Shown here: in pieces, positions 1 through 9,068 of the stretch | Numbering within the stretch: the first letter of the stretch is position 1 | How the letters are laid out: each line of letters begins with the position of its first letter | Source of the DNA: Candidatus Woesearchaeota archaeon | GTDB lineage: Archaea > Nanobdellota > Nanobdellia > SCGC-AAA011-G17 > CAYHUI01 | Assembly: GCA_964360175.1 (NCBI GenBank) | Contig: CAYHUI010000002.1 | Coordinates: forward strand, 1-60,028 | Reading direction: 5' to 3' | Length of the DNA: 60,028 nt | Notes under the pieces: model-generated | The model's input: only the letters and a program-made list of their open reading frames with translations | Told to the model about the DNA's origin: nothing | Databases searched by the model: none | Program-made: the position numbers and the translations under genes

Positions 1-188
1 GGTTCTTCTGCTGGTTCGGGAGCTTTTTGATGTGCATCCCTCAATTCATCATATTGCTGCTGACATGGCTCGACATTTGGACGCAGACGCTCATAGCAGT
101 CAGTCTGCTGATACCACTCGGTATGTCCTGCTTGTACTAAAGAAACAAAAAGAATCGCAATAAACATGGATATTATGACTTTGCGCAT
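1..188 (-). CDS. Partial CDS (first 62 codons; continues past the window edge): small secreted cysteine-containing protein, function unknown
   Basis: ATG at 188. My own reverse-complement translation is MRKVIISMFIAILFVSLVQAGHTEWYQQTDCYERLRPNVEPCQQQYDELRDAHQKAPEPAEEP, and it stays open to base 1. The N-terminus is hydrophobic and signal-peptide-like. It is absent from the ORF track because it is truncated. The mature part is conspicuously GC-rich with CAG/CTG/GAC/CGT codons. Confidence 0.45.
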   Translation of the reverse strand, partial: MRKVIISMFIAILFVSLVQAGHTEWYQQTDCYERLRPNVEPCQQQYDELRDAHQKAPEPAEE

Positions 189-326
189 TTTATTATTATG
201 CTATTCCATTTTATATAACTTTTCCCATATTAATTTATTTCCTCTTTTCCTTTTTTGATAAAATTTTTTACAGTTCTTTTTTATTTTTACAAAAATATAC
301 TAAACATAAAATCAAAAGCTTTAAAT

Positions 327-344
327 ATTATAATATATTATAAT
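327..344. promoter_or_regulatory. 18-bp perfect palindrome ATTATAATATATTATAAT just upstream of the antitoxin start; candidate operator/TATA region of the vapBC module
   Basis: The palindrome was read directly. It ends 5 nt before the ATG at 350. AbrB-type antitoxins usually autoregulate through palindromic operators. Confidence 0.35.
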
Positions 345-349
345 CTTAT

Positions 350-571
350 ATGGGAGAGATGTTTGAAGTAAAAGTTAGGAAAGTTGGAACTTCTTTAGGG
401 ATTTTGTTACCAAAAGAAGTTGTTGTAAGAGAACAAATTAAAGAAGGAGAAAAAGTGGAAGTTGGTTTACTAAAAAAAAGAAGATTGGAACTTATTGAAA
501 AAGCTTTTGGAATTGCAAAAAAAGCGAAACCTTTCAAAAGGAATTATTCTGATAGATTAGACAGATATTAA
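350..571 (+). CDS. vapB: AbrB/SpoVT-fold antitoxin (VapB-type)
   Basis: 73 aa. VKVRKVGTSLGILLPKEV is a typical swapped-hairpin AbrB/SpoVT motif. It ends 5 nt before a PIN gene. Confidence 0.7.
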   Translation: MGEMFEVKVRKVGTSLGILLPKEVVVREQIKEGEKVEVGLLKKRRLELIEKAFGIAKKAKPFKRNYSDRLDRY

Positions 572-576
572 TACAA

Positions 577-948
577 ATGCTAGTTGATACATCAGCTTGG
601 GTAGAACTTTTTATAAAAAGTGATAAAGGAAAAGTAGTTAGAGATACTTTAAAAAAAGAAAAATGCTATACGAGTATTGTATCTATTTCAGAAATTTCAA
701 ATTGGGCTTCAAAACAAAATTTATACAATAAAGATTTAATAAATATTATTGTAGCAACAACAGAAATAATAAACTTAAATTTAGATATATCAAAATTAGC
801 AGGAGAATTAAATTATAAGAGAAAAAAGAAAATTGAAAGATGGGGGATGTTAGATTCATTTATTTTAGCAACTTCTCTTCTTTATAATCTAAAGATTCTA
901 ACGAAAGATTCTCATTTTAAAGATCTAGAGAATGTTAAGATATTATAA
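577..948 (+). CDS. vapC: PIN-domain ribonuclease toxin (VapC-type)
   Basis: 123 aa. It has an N-terminal MLVDTS acidic motif plus later conserved D residues (MLDSFILAT, LTKDSHF), and pairs with the upstream AbrB gene. Confidence 0.8.
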   Translation: MLVDTSAWVELFIKSDKGKVVRDTLKKEKCYTSIVSISEISNWASKQNLYNKDLINIIVATTEIINLNLDISKLAGELNYKRKKKIERWGMLDSFILATSLLYNLKILTKDSHFKDLENVKIL

Positions 949-1003
949 AAATTAGGATTAATTAAAGAAAACCTTTTTATATTCAAAAAATTCATTAAAA
1001 ATT

Positions 1004-1756
1004 ATGAAAAATCAAGCATATACAATTCTTATTTTAGTTATAATAGTATTTTTAACAGGTGCATTTATAGGAAGATTTAGTATAAAAGAAAAAATTGAAA
1101 CCATTAAAGTTGATGATGCTAAATTTAAACAAATAACTATGAATTTACCTGCTGTAGATAGCAATCAACAAGGGGTTGTAGCTCAGTTAATAACAGAAGT
1201 TAGACCTGGGAGCGGATTGGTTTTAGTTAATATTAATGATATTCTAGCTGATTTTAACACGCAGTTTTCAGCTAGAACTGCAGCAGAAGTTGCAGGAAAT
1301 TATACTAATATAGATTTAAGTAATTTAAATATAATATATCAAATAAAAGCTGATGCTGGTATCATAGGTGGGCCTAGCGCAGGATCTGCTATGGCAATTT
1401 CAACAGTAGCTGCTTTACTAAATAAAGATGTAAACCAAGATGTAATGATAACTGGAACTATAGAACAAGATGGTAGTATTGGACAAGTTGGTGCTATTAC
1501 TGAAAAAGCAAAGGCTGCTAAAGAAGTTGGAGCGAAAAAATTTCTAGTTCCTGCTGGAAGCAAGGTAAGTAATACCAAAGGTTATGAGAGAGTTATTAGC
1601 TGTAACACTTATGATTCTGCTGAATATTGCCAGATTAATTATATCCCTAAAGAAGTTAGCTTTACAGAAGAGATAGGAATAGAAATCATAGAAGTAAAAA
1701 ATATAGATGAAGTTGTTAAACATTTTGTACAAGAAGAAGAAATTTTAATGGAATAA
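1004..1756 (+). CDS. Membrane-anchored Lon-type (S16) serine protease domain protein
   Basis: 250 aa with a single N-terminal TM helix (ILILVIIVFLTGAFIG). GGPSAGSAMAIS is the catalytic Ser motif and GAITEKAKAAKEVGAKKFLVPAG is the Lys motif typical of the Lon proteolytic domain. There is no AAA+ module. Confidence 0.7.
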   Translation: MKNQAYTILILVIIVFLTGAFIGRFSIKEKIETIKVDDAKFKQITMNLPAVDSNQQGVVAQLITEVRPGSGLVLVNINDILADFNTQFSARTAAEVAGNYTNIDLSNLNIIYQIKADAGIIGGPSAGSAMAISTVAALLNKDVNQDVMITGTIEQDGSIGQVGAITEKAKAAKEVGAKKFLVPAGSKVSNTKGYERVISCNTYDSAEYCQINYIPKEVSFTEEIGIEIIEVKNIDEVVKHFVQEEEILME

Positions 1757-1759
1757 AAT

Positions 1760-2323
1760 ATGAAGCAAATTAAAGAAAAACCGCAACATAAATTTAATAA
1801 GATCTATTTATTACTAATGATCATTTTAATAGCTCTGATTTTAACTAATATTTATTTAATTACTTTTAAACCAAAAGAAGAAATTAAAATTCCTGGGATT
1901 CAAGAAATAAAAGAAGAAGAAATTTTAAAAGCTTTGTCTGTTGATGATTATTACAAAACTGATGTTAATGTAACTGTAAATGGTTTGTTTTTAACAAATA
2001 ACTGCAAATCTCTCATTTTAAGCGTTGATGAATTTCAAGCTTATTCTATAGATAGGGGCATTAAAAAACATGTTGATTTCAGACCAACAGTTCACGATTT
2101 AATTGAAGATATTTTGCAAAGTTTTAAAGTAAAAGTTACAATGGCTAAAATATCTGAGATTGGAGAAGGAACTTATTATGCTAATTTAATTTTAAAGCAA
2201 GATGGTAAAGTTTTGAATTTAGATTCTAAACCAAGCGACGCTGTTGCAGTTGCAGTAAGAGAAGATGCTCCTATTTTTGTTAAGAAAAATTTGTTAGATG
2301 AATTTGGAGTTAAGAGTTGTTAA
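1760..2323 (+). CDS. Membrane-anchored bifunctional nuclease family (BFN/DUF151-like) protein
   Basis: 187 aa with a basic N-terminus plus a TM helix (IYLLLMIILIALILTNIYLI). The C-terminal RPTVHDLIEDIL...GTYYANLIL...LDSKPSDAVAVAVREDAPIFV resembles the DNase/RNase BFN domain. It starts 4 nt after the protease gene. Confidence 0.6.
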   Translation: MKQIKEKPQHKFNKIYLLLMIILIALILTNIYLITFKPKEEIKIPGIQEIKEEEILKALSVDDYYKTDVNVTVNGLFLTNNCKSLILSVDEFQAYSIDRGIKKHVDFRPTVHDLIEDILQSFKVKVTMAKISEIGEGTYYANLILKQDGKVLNLDSKPSDAVAVAVREDAPIFVKKNLLDEFGVKSC

Positions 2324-2460
2324 AAAGTTTTGTAATTTCTAATGTATTTAAAATTTTTACTTATTTAAGTAAAATAAGTAATATATGTATATAAACACGT
2401 CAATTATTTTAAGAGAGGATAGAAAGATTTAAATATTTTTCTGTATCTTAATAGATACAT

Positions 2461-3042
2461 ATGTATCAAAAAGGAAACAAGGAATTAATCATTTTAAGTT
2501 TATATTTAGGAGATTACTCTAGAAGGTTTTACCTTAGAGAGATAAGTAAATTATCTAGATTACCACTAAAAACAACTCAAAGAATTTTAGAAAATTTAAC
2601 TAAATCGAGAATTCTAAAATCAGAAATCCATGGAAAAAATAGATATTTTTTCTTAAATTTAGATAATATAGAAACTAAATTTTTACTTTTAAAATCAGAA
2701 ATCTACAAAACTATTATTTTCTTAAAAAAGTATACTTTTTTTAAGTCTTTCCTTAAAGAAATTAAAAATCTTTCAACTACGATTATTATTTTCGGAAGTT
2801 TTGCAAGATTTACAGCAAATAATAGTCCAGATATAGATATTTTATTGGTTTCTAAGAGAAAAATTAAATTACCTTATTATATTTTACCTAATAAATTTCA
2901 TGAAATACAAATTTCAGAAAGCAATATTGTTAAATCATTTAAAATGAAAGCAGCACTTATTAAAAAAATTCAAGAGAATCATGTTATTTTAAACGATCAT
3001 TCATTTTTTGTGAATTTAATGTGGAACCAGTATGAAAAATAA
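2461..3042 (+). CDS. wHTH plus minimal nucleotidyltransferase (MNT-type)
   Basis: 193 aa. FGSFARFTANNSPDIDILLVS is the GS...D.D nucleotidyltransferase motif. The N-terminus is wHTH-like. It overlaps the following HEPN gene by 11 nt. Confidence 0.7.
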   Translation: MYQKGNKELIILSLYLGDYSRRFYLREISKLSRLPLKTTQRILENLTKSRILKSEIHGKNRYFFLNLDNIETKFLLLKSEIYKTIIFLKKYTFFKSFLKEIKNLSTTIIIFGSFARFTANNSPDIDILLVSKRKIKLPYYILPNKFHEIQISESNIVKSFKMKAALIKKIQENHVILNDHSFFVNLMWNQYEK

Positions 3043-3523
3043 ACAAAATAGTTTAAAATGGTGTGTTAAATTAAAAGATGGTTTAAAAATAACTGAACCG
3101 GATGGGTCTCTAGCAAAATCTTATTTGAATGAAGCAAAATTATCTTTAAGAAGAGCTGAAAAAGATTTTAACGATAAAGATTTACTTTGGGCAACTGTTA
3201 TTACATATTACGCCGAGTATTATGCACTATATTCTTTCTTACAAAAAATCGGGATAAAATGTGAAAATCACTTTTGTTCTATACTTATAATTGAAAAACT
3301 ACTTGGAAAAGAAAGAGTAAAAACTATTAATAATCATAAAGAAAAAAGAATTGATGCTCAATATTATATGAGAATTGGAAAGGAAAATGAAGTGAAAATT
3401 ATGCTTCAAGAATCTAAAATTTTTGTTACAGAATTTGATAATTTTATATCTAATTTAATAAATGAAGAAGTTGAAGATTATAGAAAGAAATTTAAATCTC
3501 TTATAGAAGAACAAAAATTATAA
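3032..3523 (+). CDS. HEPN-domain protein (partner of the MNT)
   Basis: 163 aa. AKSYLNEAKLSLRRAEKDF...WATVITYYAEYYALYSFLQKIGIKCENH...KRIDAQYY follows the HEPN helical pattern. Classic MNT-HEPN gene order. Confidence 0.65.
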   Translation: MKNKQNSLKWCVKLKDGLKITEPDGSLAKSYLNEAKLSLRRAEKDFNDKDLLWATVITYYAEYYALYSFLQKIGIKCENHFCSILIIEKLLGKERVKTINNHKEKRIDAQYYMRIGKENEVKIMLQESKIFVTEFDNFISNLINEEVEDYRKKFKSLIEEQKL

Positions 3524-3580
3524 AAATCTTTATATCTAATAAATTTATCAATAAACTTATAAAACTTATTTCTATATGAG

Positions 3581-6187
3581 ATGATTATGATAGAATTTTT
3601 AAAACAACCTTATAAAGATCAAGATATAATTAAAATACTTAATCCTATAGTAAAAGAATGGTTTTTTAATACTTTTAAAGAGTTTAGTTTGCCTCAACTA
3701 TATGGGGTAATGGAAATTCATAAACAAAATAACATATTAATAAGCGCTCCTTCTGGAGGTACTAAAACATTAACTGCTTTTCTAAGCATAATTAATGAAT
3801 TAGTAAATTTAGCTGAAAAAGATCAATTAGAAAATAAAATTTATTGTGTTTATATCTCTCCTTTAAAGGCATTAAACAATGATATATTTAGAAACTTAGA
3901 ACAACCATTAAAAGAAATAATAGAAATTGCTAAGAAAAAAAATAAAGAGATTAAGATAAAAGTTGCTGTAAGAACAGGTGATACAACAGCTGCTGAAAAA
4001 CAAAAAATGTTAAGAGATGTTCCACATATTTTAATAACAACACCAGAATCATTAAGCATAATTTTAACGTCGATAAAATTTAAAGAACATTTAAAATATG
4101 TAAAGTACGTTATAGTAGATGAGATACATAGCTTAGCTGAAAATAAAAGAGGTGTTCAATTAAGTTTAAATTTAGAACGTTTACAAAATTTAAGTAATTT
4201 TAATATTACAAGAATTGGTTTATCTGCAACGATTGCTCCATTAGAAAATATTGCTGAGTTTTTAGTAGGTTTAAACAATGAAAAAATTAGAAATTGTAAA
4301 ATAGCAGATGTTAGATTTCCTAAAAAAATTGATTTAAAAGTTTTATGTCCTGTTAAAGATTTGATAAATACAAATCAAGAAGAAATTGAAACTAATTTAT
4401 ATAATTTATTAGATGATTTAATACAACAACATAGAACAACTTTAATTTTTACAAATACAAGAAGTGGTACAGAAAGAGTAGTTCATCATTTAAAAGAAAA
4501 ATTTCCTAAAAATTATACAGAGAATATAGGAGCTCATCATGGTAGTTTAAGTAAAACTCATCGATTAGATATAGAAAATAGATTAAAAAAAGGTGAGTTA
4601 AAAGTTTGTGTTACATCTACATCTTTAGAATTAGGCATTGATATAGGTTATATTGATTTGGTTATTTTAATTAGCAGTCCAAAATCCATTGCTAGAGGTT
4701 TGCAAAGATTTGCGAGATCTGGTCATAAATTATATGATGCAGTTAAAGGTAAAGTTATAGTTTTAGACAGAGATGATTTAGTAGAATGTGCTGTACTAAT
4801 AAAAAATTCTGTTGAAAGAAATATAGATAAGATACATATTCCTGAAAATTGTTTAGATGTTTTATCCCAAGAAATTATAGGCATTGCAATTTCTGATAGA
4901 ATACATATCGATGATTTACTGAAATTAATTAAGCAAAGTTATTGTTTTAGAAATTTAGATAAAGAAGATTTTTTATTAGTTATAGATTATTTAAGTGGAA
5001 AGTATGTTAGTTTAGAAGAACGCTATATTTATGCTAAAATATGGTATGATGAAGAAACTGGTTTTATAGGAAAAAAAGGAAAATTAACCAGAGTAATTTA
5101 TATGACTAATATTGGAACAATACCAGATGAAACTTTTGTTTTAGTTAAAATTGGAAATGAAGTCGTTGGAAAAATCGATGAAAATTTTTTAGAACGTTTA
5201 ACACCTAGTGATATTTTTGTTTTGGGTGGGCAAGTTTATAAATATAAATTTAGTAGAGGAATGGTTGCTCAAGTTGAAGCTTCTCCTCAAAGACCACCAA
5301 CAGTTCCATCCTGGTTTTCTGAAATGTTGCCATTAAATTTTGATTTAGCTTTAGAAATTCAAAAATTTAGAAAATATATGGAAGAAAAATTTAAGAAAAA
5401 CTTATCAAAAAAAGAAATTTTAGATTTCATTAATAATTATTTATATGTTGAAGATAATGCAGCTAATTCAATTTATGAATATTTTAAAGAACAATATTTA
5501 TACGCTAAAATACCAAATGAAAATAAAATTTTAGTAGAGTTTTATTATGATGAATACTTAGATAAAAAATATGTAATATTTCATAGTTTATATGGACGTA
5601 GAGTAAATAATGTATTAAGTAGAGCAATTGCATTTATAATTGCAAAACTTCAACATATAGATGTAGAAATTAGTGTAACTGATAATGGTTTTTATTTAAG
5701 TTCTAATAAAAAAATCCAGGTATTAAGGGCTTTTAAATTACTTAAATCAGAAAATTTAAGAAAAATTTTAGAACAATCTATTGAAGACGGTGAAATTTTA
5801 AAAAGAAGATTTAGACATTGTGCAGCTCGGTCATTAATGATTTTAAGAGAATATAAAGGTAATAAAAGAAGAGTTGGTAGGCAACAAGTTAGTTCAATGA
5901 TTTTAATGAGCGCTGTTAAACGCATTAGCAATAATTTTCCGATTTTAAAAGAAGCTAGACGTGAAGTTCTTGAAGATTTTATGGATATAAGGAATGCTGA
6001 ATTAGTTTTAAAAGATATAGAAAAAAACAAAATTAAAATAGAAGAAATTTCTACAGAAATTCCAAGCCCGTTTGCGTTTAATTTAATTTTAGAAGGTTAC
6101 ACTGATATAATGAAAATAGATGATAAAATAGAATTTGTAAAAAGAATGCATAATAAAGTTCTAGCTAAAATTAGTTTGAAGAAATAA
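3581..6187 (+). CDS. lhr: Lhr-type large SF2 (DEAD/DEAH) helicase
   Basis: 868 aa. Motif I is APSGGTKT (T where the usual G of GKT sits), motif II VDEIHS, motif III SAT, motif VI QRFARSGH. The long C-terminal region is typical of Lhr-core helicases. The start may be the second or third Met (3587). Confidence 0.85.
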   Translation: MIMIEFLKQPYKDQDIIKILNPIVKEWFFNTFKEFSLPQLYGVMEIHKQNNILISAPSGGTKTLTAFLSIINELVNLAEKDQLENKIYCVYISPLKALNNDIFRNLEQPLKEIIEIAKKKNKEIKIKVAVRTGDTTAAEKQKMLRDVPHILITTPESLSIILTSIKFKEHLKYVKYVIVDEIHSLAENKRGVQLSLNLERLQNLSNFNITRIGLSATIAPLENIAEFLVGLNNEKIRNCKIADVRFPKKIDLKVLCPVKDLINTNQEEIETNLYNLLDDLIQQHRTTLIFTNTRSGTERVVHHLKEKFPKNYTENIGAHHGSLSKTHRLDIENRLKKGELKVCVTSTSLELGIDIGYIDLVILISSPKSIARGLQRFARSGHKLYDAVKGKVIVLDRDDLVECAVLIKNSVERNIDKIHIPENCLDVLSQEIIGIAISDRIHIDDLLKLIKQSYCFRNLDKEDFLLVIDYLSGKYVSLEERYIYAKIWYDEETGFIGKKGKLTRVIYMTNIGTIPDETFVLVKIGNEVVGKIDENFLERLTPSDIFVLGGQVYKYKFSRGMVAQVEASPQRPPTVPSWFSEMLPLNFDLALEIQKFRKYMEEKFKKNLSKKEILDFINNYLYVEDNAANSIYEYFKEQYLYAKIPNENKILVEFYYDEYLDKKYVIFHSLYGRRVNNVLSRAIAFIIAKLQHIDVEISVTDNGFYLSSNKKIQVLRAFKLLKSENLRKILEQSIEDGEILKRRFRHCAARSLMILREYKGNKRRVGRQQVSSMILMSAVKRISNNFPILKEARREVLEDFMDIRNAELVLKDIEKNKIKIEEISTEIPSPFAFNLILEGYTDIMKIDDKIEFVKRMHNKVLAKISLKK

Positions 6188-6222
6188 GTCATTTTATAAA
6201 TTATAAAAATTTAAACAAAGAT

Positions 6223-6558
6223 GTGAAAGAAAAATCAAGTTTTTTGGAAGTTGTAGGTAGCAGCCCAAAATTAAAAGTACTAGATTTTTTACTAACATTT
6301 CAAGCTTTTGATTATAGTTTAACAGATATAGCAAAAAATACTAAAGTAAGTTATTCAAATTTAATGATTTTTTGGAAAGATTTAGTTAAAATTAGATTAG
6401 TAATACAAACAAGAACTGTTGGTAAAGCTAAAATGTATAGATTAAATGAAAAAAATCCAATAGTGCAAGAACTATCAAGGTTACAATGGTTTATTGCAAA
6501 ATCAATAGTTCATAAAAAATATAGATTAGAAGTAATAACCCAAAAAATTAAAGCTTAA
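6223..6558 (+). CDS. Small winged-helix DNA-binding protein (paralog of 48369-48692)
   Basis: 111 aa, GTG start. FLEVVGSSPKLKVLDFLL...DYSLTDIAKNTKVSYSNL...GKAKMYRLNEKNPIV aligns along its length with the protein at 48369-48692. Confidence 0.55.
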   Translation: MKEKSSFLEVVGSSPKLKVLDFLLTFQAFDYSLTDIAKNTKVSYSNLMIFWKDLVKIRLVIQTRTVGKAKMYRLNEKNPIVQELSRLQWFIAKSIVHKKYRLEVITQKIKA

Positions 6559-7256
6559 ATTTCAAATAAAATTTTTTCATCAACTTTTAATGGTTCTTCG
6601 CTTAAAAATCCTTCTCCAAATTTACAACCTATTAAAGATCCGTGTAAAGTTTTAAAAGATTTAATCACTGTAAATAAATTTTTTGTTTTATCTAAAGGTT
6701 TTATTTGACTTTCGTATATTTTTAAAGCTTTTTCCAATTTATTTATATAATTGGTTACATCTATAATAATATTAGGCAATTTATCTCTTGGTAACATATA
6801 ATAAAACAATCTTTTAACTAAATGTTCTTTTTCTTTTCTTTTAATGTTTTTAAATTTAGCATACCTTAAAGCAAATCTAACTAAATTACCAGTTGCTATA
6901 TGATCTGGATGAGCTGTTCCATCTTTATGTGAAAATCTATTATTATGATAAGGAGCAAAAACAATTTCTGGTTTATATTTTCTGATTACATCAACTATTT
7001 TCAATCTATTTTCATAATTGTCTTCTATTTCACAATCTCTAAAATCTAAAATTTCTCCACTAGCTTTAGTAAATTTTAAAAAGTTTTTAAATTCTTTTTC
7101 TCTTATTTCTGCATTGCCGTAAGTTCCTTTATCACCTTTAGTTAAATGCACTATTGCAACTTTTTTTCCAGAATCTATTAATTTTATTAATGTAGCTCCA
7201 ATTCCAATTTCTACATCATCAGGATGTGCACCAAAAGCTAAAACATCTACTTTCAT
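6555..7256 (-). CDS. PIG-L/LmbE family N-acetylglucosaminyl deacetylase
   Basis: 233 aa. Family signatures are AFGAHPDDVEIG, the HPDH motif and the KGDKGT region. Confidence 0.8.
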   Translation of the reverse strand: MKVDVLAFGAHPDDVEIGIGATLIKLIDSGKKVAIVHLTKGDKGTYGNAEIREKEFKNFLKFTKASGEILDFRDCEIEDNYENRLKIVDVIRKYKPEIVFAPYHNNRFSHKDGTAHPDHIATGNLVRFALRYAKFKNIKRKEKEHLVKRLFYYMLPRDKLPNIIIDVTNYINKLEKALKIYESQIKPLDKTKNLFTVIKSFKTLHGSLIGCKFGEGFLSEEPLKVDEKILFEI

Positions 7257-7280
7257 TTTAAATTTTAAAAGAATAGAAGT

Positions 7281-9008
7281 TTAAATATCTTTTGAACAAG
7301 CTTCTATAAAACCATAAAATAAAGGAGCAGGATTTCCTAGTCTAGATTTAAATTCAACATGAGCTTGAGTTGCAATAAAAAATTTATGTTCTGGTAATTC
7401 TATAAACTCCATTAATTTTGTATTATCCTCTCTTAAATGATAACCTGAAAAAACAATACCTTTACTTTCTAACAAATTAATAAATTTTGGGTTAACTTCA
7501 AATCTATGACGGTGTCTTTCTAAAATTAGATTTTCATTAGAATTTAAAATACCCAACCTAAATAATTGATCTTTATCTTTTTTAATATCTTCAATAATTT
7601 TCATATCTTCTTGTAATCTACTATTTTCTTTGTATAAATTTAAAACTTTACTATTTTCTTTTAGAATAGCAGAATAAGCTCCTAACCTCATTGTAGCTCC
7701 ATAATCATTTTTTTCAAGAATTTCTTTTTGTGTTGGTAATATATCAATAACAGGAAATTCTGTTTTTTGATTTATTTCAGTCGTATTAGCATTTTTTAAA
7801 TTACAAACATTTCTTGCAAATTCAACTACTGCTAACTGCAATCCATAGCACAATCCCAAATAAGGAATATTATTTAGTCTGCAAAAATTAATAGCTTTAA
7901 TTTTTCCTTCAACACCAGAAGCTCCAAATCCTCCTGGTACAATAACCCCATTATAATCTTTTAAAATATTAAGATCATTTTCATTATTTTCAAACATTTT
8001 TGAATCTAACCAATCAATTTTAATATCAACATTTAGAGAAGCTCCTGCATGTACTAAAGCATGATTAATACTAATATAACTATCTTGTAAACTATAATCT
8101 CCTATATCAACATACTTACCAACAATAGCAACTTTAACAGAGTTTTTTGGATTTTCTATGCTGTTAACTAATTCTTTCCATTTATTCCAATCAGGTTCAT
8201 TTTTTACAGATAATTTTAATTCTTTTAAAATTTTTAAACCTAAATTCTCTTTTTCTAAATCTAATGGGATAGAATAAATTGTTGTTTTTATATTAGGCTC
8301 TGAAATTACATAATCAGATGGAATGTTTCCATAAGTTTCTATTTTTTTCTTTCTTATTTTATCTAAAGCAACTTTTGCCCTACAAATGATAAAATCTGGG
8401 AATATACCATTTTCGCTTAAAAGTTTAATTGCCTGTTGAGTTGGTTTTGTTTTCATCTCCCCTATATGAACTGGAATTGGCAAATATGTTATTAAGATAT
8501 AAACTATGTTTTCTTTTCCAATTTCTCTTTCTAAACTTTTCATTGAGAATAGATAAGGTATATTTTCATAATCTCCAATTGTGCCTCCAATTTCAACTAT
8601 TACTATATCATAATCTTTACCTGCTTCTTTTATTCTACGTTTTACTTCATTAGGAACGTGTGGAATAAATTGAACTGTTTCTCCTAAATATTTTCCCTTT
8701 CTTTCATTATCAATAATTGTTTTATAGATTTGACCTGTGGTGATATTATTTATTTTAGGAATATTAACATTAAGAAATCTTTCATAATTACCTAAATCTT
8801 GATCTATTTCACCACCATCATCAGTAACCCAAACTTCTCCGTGTTCTGTTGGCCTTAAAGTTCCTGCATCATAATTAATATAAGGATCTATTTTTACAGA
8901 GGTTACTTTATATCCATAGTTTTTTAATATTAAACCTATTGCAGCTGTTGTAACACCTTTACCAACGCCAGACATTACCCCTCCTGCTATAACAATATAC
9001 TTAGTCAT
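7281..9008 (-). CDS. pyrG: CTP synthase
   Basis: N-terminal YIVIAGGVMSGVGKG. GATase domain with GLCYGLQ (Cys nucleophile) and ERHRHRFEVN. I prefer the ATG at 9008 (MTKYIV) over the TTG at 9020 used in the ORF track. Confidence 0.95.
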   Translation of the reverse strand: MTKYIVIAGGVMSGVGKGVTTAAIGLILKNYGYKVTSVKIDPYINYDAGTLRPTEHGEVWVTDDGGEIDQDLGNYERFLNVNIPKINNITTGQIYKTIIDNERKGKYLGETVQFIPHVPNEVKRRIKEAGKDYDIVIVEIGGTIGDYENIPYLFSMKSLEREIGKENIVYILITYLPIPVHIGEMKTKPTQQAIKLLSENGIFPDFIICRAKVALDKIRKKKIETYGNIPSDYVISEPNIKTTIYSIPLDLEKENLGLKILKELKLSVKNEPDWNKWKELVNSIENPKNSVKVAIVGKYVDIGDYSLQDSYISINHALVHAGASLNVDIKIDWLDSKMFENNENDLNILKDYNGVIVPGGFGASGVEGKIKAINFCRLNNIPYLGLCYGLQLAVVEFARNVCNLKNANTTEINQKTEFPVIDILPTQKEILEKNDYGATMRLGAYSAILKENSKVLNLYKENSRLQEDMKIIEDIKKDKDQLFRLGILNSNENLILERHRHRFEVNPKFINLLESKGIVFSGYHLREDNTKLMEFIELPEHKFFIATQAHVEFKSRLGNPAPLFYGFIEACSKDI

Positions 9009-9068
9009 GTTTAACCCCAAAAAATTTAAATCAGAAAAACTATTTATATCTTACTATTTTTTAATATT

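Noticed and set aside
299-312. CTAAACATAAAA upstream of vapB, matching the TAAACAT motif cluster at 15248-15390.
   Set aside because: A 10-12-nt AT-rich match is expected by chance in about 60 kb of AT-rich DNA. It is not enough to link the two sites.
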